Source: a virus. Taken from it: 64,000 nt of DNA. Made by a program: the position numbers and the translations under genes. Positions within the stretch are counted from its first letter, which is position 1, and every line of letters starts with the position of its first letter. Under the pieces are notes generated by a model. That model was not told where the DNA came from. It saw only the letters and a list, made by a program, of their open reading frames with translations, and did not search any database. The stretch is taken from IMG/VR virus record IMGVR_UViG_3300047274_000223; one strand, written 5' to 3'. Positions 28,801 to 36,700 of the stretch are shown in pieces.

Positions 28801-31800
28801 TATCACATCATCTTTCGAATTGGTTGATGGGCAAACACCATTCCAGTATGGAATTTCATATATTCGCAGAACTAAAGGTTCTTCGTCTCCGATCAGAAAA
28901 CTAAAGATTGTTGGTGACTATTTTGGACATGAATTGACTGGAGACTATTTCAATATCGATTCTTATGTTGGTATTGATTACGCGGATATTCCAGCTTATG
29001 TCAATAGAGCAGGATCTGGTACTACCCTAAACACCAGAAAGCAACTTAGAGATGTTCTGGATTTCAGACCAGGTGTTAAGAACTTAGCATCTGGAGGCGG
29101 AAACGTTGCCAATCCATTCTATATTCAGTGTTCTTCACTAGACTTCTCTAGTAGAGTATTTGATGATAGTGCAACTATCACAGATATCCCAAAAGTCAAC
29201 TCAGACTTTAGATGCGACTACTGTTATTATCTAAAGAGAATCGATACTTTATCATGCGATATGTTGGGTAATTTCTTCGTGTCCTTAGGTACACCTTCAG
29301 AACAACCAGTACCACCACCTCCAGTCGAAAACTCCATGCTTCTCGCCGTCATTGGACACGAAGCCTATGGTTTTGATCCTAGTGTTGATGCATTAGTGTT
29401 TGCAGAAAACATTAAGCGATATACAATGAAGGATGTGGCTCTACTTGATAAGAGAGTACAAAATATTGAATACTACAGTGCATTGACTCTTCTTGAGCAA
29501 GACACAAATATGCTCAATATTAAAGATGAATTTGGAAACGATAAATTTAAGAATGGATACGTTGTTGATTCATTCGAAAATCAAAACGTTGCCGAATTAA
29601 CTGATCCTGACTATAACGCATCACTTGACTTCTCCAATAAAGTTCTAAGACCTTCCCACTATACAACTAATGTTTCTATGGCAATTAATGTTGCCACTTC
29701 GGGAAATATTGCAGTAAACAATAGAGTTGTAACTCTCCCGTATACCGATGTAGTGTTAATTCAGCAACCATATGCATCTCAAGTTGAAAATGTAAATCCA
29801 TTCAACGTTTTTGCCTTCATTGGATCAATTGAATTGAATCCTGCTTCGGATGACTGGGTAGACACTATTGTTGCACCAGCACAGGTACAGCAAATCGAAG
29901 GAAACTACGCTGCTCAGGCAGAGAGAATTGGAGCAGATCCAAATACAGGTCTTGGTCCACAGGTTTGGAACTCATGGCAAGAAGACTGGTCTGGTGCTAC
30001 AACTACCACTTCTGGTGGTCAGTGGCAAGGATGGCTTGGTCCTCTCGGTAGATGGATTCCTGTATATGGAACTAGAACCACTACGACAACAGGTATTGTT
30101 GAGAGAAGAACTGGTACTCAACAGAGACTTGTTACTAGATTTGAACAGAGAAGTCTTGGATCTAGAGTCATCTCAAGAACAAATGTTCCTTGGATTAGAT
30201 CAAGAAACGTTTCATTTGTTGCTGAAAGATTGAAGCCTTCTGCACAATTCTATGGATTCTTTGATAATGTTTCAATTTCTCAGTATGTAACTCCAAAACT
30301 AATCGAATTAATTAAGGATCCTGATGAAGACTTTGCAACTACCAATACTCCATTTGTAATCGGAGAAGATATTATTGGTTATAGAATTACATCAAGAAAC
30401 GCGGATGGTGGTGCAGTTTATACAACAAGAGATCCTATTTTCAGAGCAAGAGTACTGGCACCAAATAACGGATTGAGGTATAATTCTTATACCGATACAG
30501 AATTACCAGAAACTTATTCATCAACTACACCATATGTAAACATTGATACTGATGCTTTAGCATCTCAGGCAAATGGAACCTATTATGGTAATATTGAAAT
30601 TGGTTGCATTCTAGTTGGTAGTAGTTCTGGTGCTAGAGCAATCGTAAGAGATAGAAGAATTGTAACCGACAGAAAAGGAACTGTAAAGGGAACATTCTTT
30701 ATTCCAAGACCAGCAAATACATCAAACCCAAGATGGGCTACTGGAACGAGAACTTTTGCTCTATCAAACAGTTCAACTAACCAGGTTGGAGTTCCTGGTG
30801 GTACAAGTATCTCAAATGCACAAACAAACTATACTGCATCTGGAGTTATTGAGACCACACAGGAAACTATTCTTTCTATCAGAAATGCTGAGATTGTTAC
30901 GGATCAACTATTTGAGCAGAGGACAACTTCAAGAACTACCCAAGAAACCGTTCAGATTGGTTATTGGGACCCTCTTGCACAATCATTCATTGTGCAGGAA
31001 AGAGGTGGTGTATTCTTGACTGGAGCAGATGTATTCTTCAATAGCAAGGATACAAATATTCCAGTTAGTGCTCAGTTAAGACTGATGGAAAATGGTATTC
31101 CAACTCCAAAAATTCTACCACTATCAACTGTTACTGTGTATCCAGAGGATGTAGAAATTTCAGAGAATGCATCGATTCCAACTAGATTCACATTCCCAGC
31201 TCCAGTATATGTAAATGATACTGATGAATATTGCTTGGTTATCTTCTCAGACTCAAACGAATATACCGTTTGGATCTCAGAGATGGGTAGAGTTGACATT
31301 ACTGGTGATAGAACAATCTCCGCACAACCTTATGCTGGTGTTCTATTCAAGTCGCAGAATGCTTCTACATGGTCACCAAACCAGTTACAAGACTTGAAGT
31401 TCACCATCTACAGAGCAGAGTTTAGCACCTCTCCTGGTAAATTAACTCTGAATAACTCGGAGTTAGGTCGTGGTAACGGTGGTATTATCTCATTAAGAGA
31501 GAACCCCATCGAAACCAGAAGAGCAAACCTATCTTTAACACTACAAGATGACACTCCAGTATTTACTTTAGGTGCTAGAATCTACCAGAAGACTACTAAT
31601 GCATCTGGTACTGTCATTGAAATGGATACTACATCATCACCAAATAAGATTGTAGTTACCGATATTGAAGGTCAATTCAATGAAGGTGCATTGATTGGTG
31701 ATGTTGTAACTTATCCTCTAGTAAGTAGTCAGTCAACTGCAACCCTGTATGTTTCTACTCAGGGTGGTGTCTTGACTGGAAACTATACCGTTGGTAAGAC

Positions 31801-33262
31801 TGTTACTGGTCAAACTTCTGGTGCTACGGCTACTATTACTGCTTGGAACTTAGCAACAGGTCAGTTACAGTTAAATTATGTCTCTGATGAATTTGAGGTT
31901 GGAGAAGTTCTTCGTCAATCAAGTCCAACAGTAGATAGCGTAATTCTAAGCACACCAGCAAATCCAGTATACTCTGGTGATACCAAGAATGCTTATATCT
32001 TAACATCACCAGTATATTCATCCTCAGAAAAGAAAATTACTGTATATCACAATAACCATGGTATGCATGATCCAACAAATCATGTTACTATTTCGGATGT
32101 TGTTTCTGAAATTTCCCCAACAATCTTAAGATCTTCAATTACTGCTGAGGATGTTTCAATTCCAGTAACAGATGCATCGGCCTTCCATACAACTATCAAT
32201 GGATTGCCAATTAGTAATGATAATCCAGGTTACATTATGATCAATGGTGAGATTATGGCATACACCGATATCTCTGTGGATGGATTAACTATCACTCTTA
32301 AGAGCAGTGGCGGTAGAGCTGTTGCTGGTGGAGAAGTTGCTTCATCACATACGGAAGGTGATCAGGTTGAATGTTATAATTTGGATGGCATTCCATTGAC
32401 TGAAATTAATAAAACCCACGAAGGAATTACAAACCCAACACTCGATAGTTATCAGTTGACAGTTAATTCAGTATCCCTGGTTGGTATCCGTGGTGGTGGA
32501 ACATCTGCTAATGCTACTCAAAACATTCCATATGAAGCAATAACTCCAATGATTGGCCAAGTGACAGTGAATGGTACTTCGATTACAGGAAGAATTAATA
32601 CAGTTTCTGGTACTTCTATCAGTAGTAATCCAACGAATGAACCATCATTCGTAAATGATGGTAATTTCTTACCAGTAATCATCAATGAAAATAACTTACT
32701 TGATAGACAATCAATTATTCTATCTGGAGTTAACGAATCTGTGAAATTGTCTGGCGCCAAATCTCTAACCATTGAATGCTTACTTGAAACAACATCAAGT
32801 CTCCTATCACCAGTAATTGACCTCGATAGATGTAGTGTTATTACAACTACTAATAGAATTAATAATCCCGAGGATTATGAGACTGCAATTCTTGCTTCTG
32901 GTGATAGCCATGATGCAACTTATATCACGAGAATGATTTCTTTGGATAACCAAGTATCAAGATCTCTCAAAGTATACTTTGATGCTTGGAGAACTGGTGG
33001 AACTGGATTTCGAGTTCTATATAGAACTGTACCTCCTGGTTTTGCTGGGAATGAGGAAACACTTTCATGGAACTGGTTTAATAATGATGGATCATCAGAT
33101 AGACCAGTGAATCCAGAAAATGACGTGGTATTTAGACCATATGAGTATACTGCAACTGGATTGGAATTTGTTAAGTTCCAGATCAAGATTGATATGTATT
33201 CTGATACTCAGGCTAAAGTACCACAAATCAAATACTTTAGAGCAGTTGCAACGGCATCATGA
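25895..33262 (+). CDS. Large virion structural protein, VrlC-like / DUF4815-like (2455 aa)
   Basis: N-terminus NLNVTPYYDDFDKDKNFYKVLFRPGFPIQARELTTLQS, plus KFKNGYVVDSF and DPLAQSFIV motifs; located after gp8. Confidence 0.85.
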   Translation: MPQNTNLNVTPYYDDFDKDKNFYKVLFRPGFPIQARELTTLQSVLQNQIESMGNHFFKDGSMVIPGQVGFDNNVDGILVQSSFLGTNVEEYRSQLDGAIITGLSSGVKAKVIYTISSTESELGFITIYVKYIESGGVNRDIIKFQNNEQLIINKELTYGQNLLEIGSPFAQLLPNNATTTASTAYINSGVYFIRGYFIDVSYQYVILEQYAQNPSYRVGLEISESIITSEDDPSLNDNAAGSSNYAAPGAHRFRIKTTLIKKPIEDTSDKNFIELLRVVNGKVQKFVERTAYNEIEKELARRVYDQAGDFMIKPFDIRVRECYNDGFNNGVFAVNEVTHGPTGVPGSGVLLDSTTGSASGYLGLNTTLSGVDYGKSLYSVEVSPGKVYLKGYPVETTQPTYIDIPKSRQFSCFQNNIIPFEIGNYVKVTNVWGQPVISGPDVSSSYQIIEFRDAYTSVQGTGTGNVIGTARVMNFQQDSSGGDGISGTDDDQYELYLFDVTLHTKLRLTSSTTIDAGSMIVGKISGARGLLRVDPGASSFTGQTLTLTNVQGIFRANEVIQVDGRDVGTVSIAPYDYQLSDVRQLVGKNSTNTTTVFTCDSVLDDQIPLSGNYFTYSTSGTKLTGFNSNIAAEVRSGDRLYVSPTQYFTVAAVPANLNFSTVFNYTTQEITVTPSAGFTPTNGQQFQTIVRFRPQLNGTNNGDLFTEMPKAAIRSISDESMSIKRTYESQVTSSSFSISLSENEQFSAIDTDNYLMVVTGISGGSTYAVGDVVVIQDDVPGNAAYATFNTTGTPRTTLTVSNLVGITSIRIYATISRNVVIEKIKNANKMTVWKVNRTSKQSDQIPFGLAYSNLYGTRIEDNEISLGVKDAYRIHAIYESYDDNEAILPSVTLVESAFFAVGTIITGRTSGAKGMVIDFNPTTLKLSLVYQTSSSFIQNEVITGTNSQGTAIQALVSDADGSVELGSKNITSSFELVDGQTPFQYGISYIRRTKGSSSPIRKLKIVGDYFGHELTGDYFNIDSYVGIDYADIPAYVNRAGSGTTLNTRKQLRDVLDFRPGVKNLASGGGNVANPFYIQCSSLDFSSRVFDDSATITDIPKVNSDFRCDYCYYLKRIDTLSCDMLGNFFVSLGTPSEQPVPPPPVENSMLLAVIGHEAYGFDPSVDALVFAENIKRYTMKDVALLDKRVQNIEYYSALTLLEQDTNMLNIKDEFGNDKFKNGYVVDSFENQNVAELTDPDYNASLDFSNKVLRPSHYTTNVSMAINVATSGNIAVNNRVVTLPYTDVVLIQQPYASQVENVNPFNVFAFIGSIELNPASDDWVDTIVAPAQVQQIEGNYAAQAERIGADPNTGLGPQVWNSWQEDWSGATTTTSGGQWQGWLGPLGRWIPVYGTRTTTTTGIVERRTGTQQRLVTRFEQRSLGSRVISRTNVPWIRSRNVSFVAERLKPSAQFYGFFDNVSISQYVTPKLIELIKDPDEDFATTNTPFVIGEDIIGYRITSRNADGGAVYTTRDPIFRARVLAPNNGLRYNSYTDTELPETYSSTTPYVNIDTDALASQANGTYYGNIEIGCILVGSSSGARAIVRDRRIVTDRKGTVKGTFFIPRPANTSNPRWATGTRTFALSNSSTNQVGVPGGTSISNAQTNYTASGVIETTQETILSIRNAEIVTDQLFEQRTTSRTTQETVQIGYWDPLAQSFIVQERGGVFLTGADVFFNSKDTNIPVSAQLRLMENGIPTPKILPLSTVTVYPEDVEISENASIPTRFTFPAPVYVNDTDEYCLVIFSDSNEYTVWISEMGRVDITGDRTISAQPYAGVLFKSQNASTWSPNQLQDLKFTIYRAEFSTSPGKLTLNNSELGRGNGGIISLRENPIETRRANLSLTLQDDTPVFTLGARIYQKTTNASGTVIEMDTTSSPNKIVVTDIEGQFNEGALIGDVVTYPLVSSQSTATLYVSTQGGVLTGNYTVGKTVTGQTSGATATITAWNLATGQLQLNYVSDEFEVGEVLRQSSPTVDSVILSTPANPVYSGDTKNAYILTSPVYSSSEKKITVYHNNHGMHDPTNHVTISDVVSEISPTILRSSITAEDVSIPVTDASAFHTTINGLPISNDNPGYIMINGEIMAYTDISVDGLTITLKSSGGRAVAGGEVASSHTEGDQVECYNLDGIPLTEINKTHEGITNPTLDSYQLTVNSVSLVGIRGGGTSANATQNIPYEAITPMIGQVTVNGTSITGRINTVSGTSISSNPTNEPSFVNDGNFLPVIINENNLLDRQSIILSGVNESVKLSGAKSLTIECLLETTSSLLSPVIDLDRCSVITTTNRINNPEDYETAILASGDSHDATYITRMISLDNQVSRSLKVYFDAWRTGGTGFRVLYRTVPPGFAGNEETLSWNWFNNDGSSDRPVNPENDVVFRPYEYTATGLEFVKFQIKIDMYSDTQAKVPQIKYFRAVATAS

Positions 33263-33498
33263 AGAAAAATTTTTTGCAGATTGAGAATCATCCCGACTTG
33301 GTTCGGGATGCCTCAACTGGTGCTATAATAAATAAGAATAACGATGAGTATCAGAACTATCTCGCCAACTATGAAAGGTTGAAACGAGAAAGAGATGAAA
33401 TGGAATCATTAAGAACTGACGTTTCTTCTTTAAAATCTGATATTGATGTTATTAAAACCTTGTTACTTAATTTGACGGAGAAACAGAATGACAATTGA
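33259..33498 (+). CDS. Small hypothetical protein (79 aa) with a C-terminal coiled coil
   Basis: ATGA overlap with the upstream stop; heptad-rich LRTDVSSLKSDIDVIKTLLLNL. Confidence 0.8.
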   Translation: MKKNFLQIENHPDLVRDASTGAIINKNNDEYQNYLANYERLKRERDEMESLRTDVSSLKSDIDVIKTLLLNLTEKQNDN

Positions 33499-33688
33499 AT
33501 CGACTAATTCGGAAGAACTTCTAAAATCATTTCGTGAGAGATATACAGGCCTCATTGAGGAAAACCAAAAGTTAACTCAAAAAATTAAAGAGAATGAAAT
33601 TCAAGCACTTAAACTTCTTGGTGCTATTGAAACCCTAGAGTATCTAGAAGCTAGTACAGAGCAACCAGTAGAAAATGTAGAAGAGTGA
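33488..33688 (+). CDS. Small hypothetical coiled-coil protein (66 aa)
   Basis: GGAG RBS upstream; helical heptads; ends just before a terminator. Confidence 0.75.
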   Translation: MTIESTNSEELLKSFRERYTGLIEENQKLTQKIKENEIQALKLLGAIETLEYLEASTEQPVENVEE

Positions 33689-33693
33689 TATAT

Positions 33694-33722
33694 GGGGGGT
33701 CTTGGACCCCCTTTTCTTTTTT
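33694..33722 (+). terminator. Intrinsic terminator closing the baseplate operon
   Basis: gggggtc-ttg-gaccccc stem-loop followed by ttttctttttt. Confidence 0.9.
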
Positions 33723-33729
33723 ATAAATA
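33722..33729 (+). promoter_or_regulatory. T4-type late promoter (TATAAATA)
   Basis: Exact T4 late consensus upstream of the fibre gene. Confidence 0.85.
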
Positions 33730-33775
33730 CATAAGAGAATTATAGTATACCACCAGCAATTTGGGATATTAACCG

Positions 33776-36700
33776 ATGGCAAATAGAATTCAACTAAGAA
33801 GAGGATCTGCACAAGAATGGTCGAACGTAAACCCAACGTTGGCTATTGGAGAACTCGGAATTGAGATTGATACTGGTCGTATCAAAATTGGAGATGGCGT
33901 TACTCCATGGAACTCTTTGCGTTATGAAAGGCCGTTAGAATCTGTTGCCAACAGTGCTAATACTTTAGTTCAAAGAGATGCTGATGGTAACTTTTCAGCT
34001 GGTGCTATCACAGCATCCTTGATCGGAAATGCATCTACTGCTACTAGACTTGCCAACGTTAGACAGATTGCACTTACTGGAGAACTTAGCGGATCTGCAA
34101 CCTTCGATGGTTCATCCAACCTAAACATTTCTTCTACTCTGGCACTTGTTCCGTCACTACCACATTATGATGGAACTAATACTCCAACAGCATCTTACAC
34201 CAAGGTTACTGTAGACTCTAAAGGTAGAGTTATTGATGGCGAAAATCCAGCATCTATTGCTGATTACAATTTGGATGGGACAATTGAAGGCCAGTCAGCC
34301 CAACCATTTGATAGAGATCTTGTTGGTATTGCAGAATTAACAACTACAGGTCATATTGTTAGAGTATCTGATGGTAACATTGCAACAAGAACTGTTACTG
34401 GTACTGCTGGTAGAATTTCAGTTGTTAATGGTTCTGGTGTAGGTGGAAATCCAACTCTAGATCTCATCAATACCACCGTTGCTCCTGGTACATATAATAC
34501 TCCAACAGTTGCTGGTGCAACACAAACACTGAAAGCAACTAAATTTACTGTTGACCAGTGGGGTAGATTTACTTACGCTGAAGATTTTCCAATTGCAACA
34601 GCAGTGGAAGGTACAACTGCAAGTGTATGGTCAACTGGTACAACTTATAATCGTTACGATAAAGTAACTAATGGAGGCAGACTTTATCAAGCTTTAAATA
34701 CAGAAACTTCTGGTGCTACTGCCCCAACACATACAACTGGAGATGCTTCGGATGGAGCAGTATCCTGGAGACATCTTGCCCTAGTTACAACCCGTCAGAA
34801 GGGTCTAGCATCTTTCGATCAGGAAGACTTTGATGTAGATGCTAATGGTCATGTTCAAATTGCATTAGCAGGTGTAGATAATACTCAACTTCAAAATAAT
34901 CAGATTCGTTTTGCCGATGGAAACTCCTATACTGCTTATGAGCTCGATAATGAACTTACTGCTTCTACTGGCTATCGTGGTATTACAACAATCAACGATC
35001 TCTCTGTTAATACTACTGGTGGCAGCCCCTTGCTTAAGTGTCTGGCTGCTGATGATAATGTAGATATTAATACTACAACATCTACCATCTTCTCCGACAT
35101 TACTCTAGACAAAACCAGCACTGCAATTCAAACTATCAATCGTGCAGGTTCATTAACATTATTGATGGATGCAAATACTGCATCCAATAGATTCCTTCGT
35201 TTTACTGCTAATAATGCTGGTGCTGGTTTGGCAAAGATGGAAGTTCTTGCCGACGATGATATTACGATTACATCATCCAACTCTACTATTAGTGTTACAT
35301 CTCCACAACAAATTTCACTCATTTCCACTTCGGCCGATGTTCGAGTTGAGGATATTTATTTTGCAAATAATGTTCTAAGTTCAACCAATTCCACAATCGT
35401 ATTAGATCCAGCGGGAATTGGTGATGACACTGGAACTGTGCAGATCAAAGGCAATTTGCAAGTCGATGGAACAACTACAACTGTCAATTCAACGACTATC
35501 ACTATCGATGATGTTATCTTAACTCTAGGTGGGGATCAAACTCCAACTTCAGATGATAATAAGGATCGTGGTATTGAGTTTAAGTATTACGATACTCAAG
35601 CAAGACTAGGTTTCTATGGTTGGGATGATTCATATACAACTCTAACTGGAACTACTGGTGGTTATCGCTTTCTCTACAATGCAACAAATACTTCTGAAGT
35701 CTTTACTGGTACTGATGCTGGTCTTATTGCTGGCAACCTTGCCCTCAGTAGTAACGTTGGTTCAACTAGTACATCCACAGGCACTCTGGTAGTCACAGGA
35801 GGCGCTGGAATCAGTCAGAACCTTAATGTTGGTGGAACGACCACTGCTGCTGGTGCAGTAACCTTACAGAGCACTCTAGGTGTCACTGATCTAGCAACAT
35901 TCAATAACGGTGTTACGATTGCTGGTAATACTACAGCAGCAACAGAATATTTCAGAATCACCAATGGTGCTGGAGCTCCAGTTACTAAATTCTTGGTTGA
36001 CTCTGCTACAGGTAATACTACAATTGAAGGAACTGTAGATGTAACAGATAACGTTACTCTCAATAAGAATGTAACAATTGTCGGATCAAACACTGCTGCA
36101 ACAGAATACTTTAAGATTCAGAATGCTTCATCTACCGATAAGTTTGTTGTAGATTCTTCTTCTGGTAATACCAGTATTTCTGGAACTCTTGGAGTTACTG
36201 GTGCTACTACTTTAAGTTCAACCTTAGGTGTTACTGCTGCTACTACTTTAAGTTCAACTTTAGGGGTTACTGGTGCTACTACTTTAAGTTCAACTCTTGG
36301 AGTTACTGGAAACACAACCCTAACTGGAAATTTAACCACTCAGAGTGGATCATATATTCACATTCAAAATACCGATGCACCGACAGTAGCAATTGATGGA
36401 TCAAATAACTACATCATTGGAAGCTCCGACTACGGTTCATTCCGACTCGACGGTGGAGGATATTTTGGAAATACTGTTCTATTTGCAAGTGATATCTATG
36501 TAAATGGTGCGGTTAATGTGAAGGACGCTGGTTCTGGTGGTACGGCATCTACAGTTAATAACCTTTCTGTTCGTTATAGAACAACTCTAGGTTCATCGTT
36601 TGCATTTACTGGCACTTACGCATCAGATACCTCTCACAACTTAAGAGTAACTGGCAGTGCTGGTATTCAAACTGACTTGTATGTTGGAGATGATTTCTAT

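Noticed and set aside
36185-36328. 36-nt repeats as a CRISPR array
   Set aside because: Contiguous in-frame units without spacers; this is a coding VNTR.
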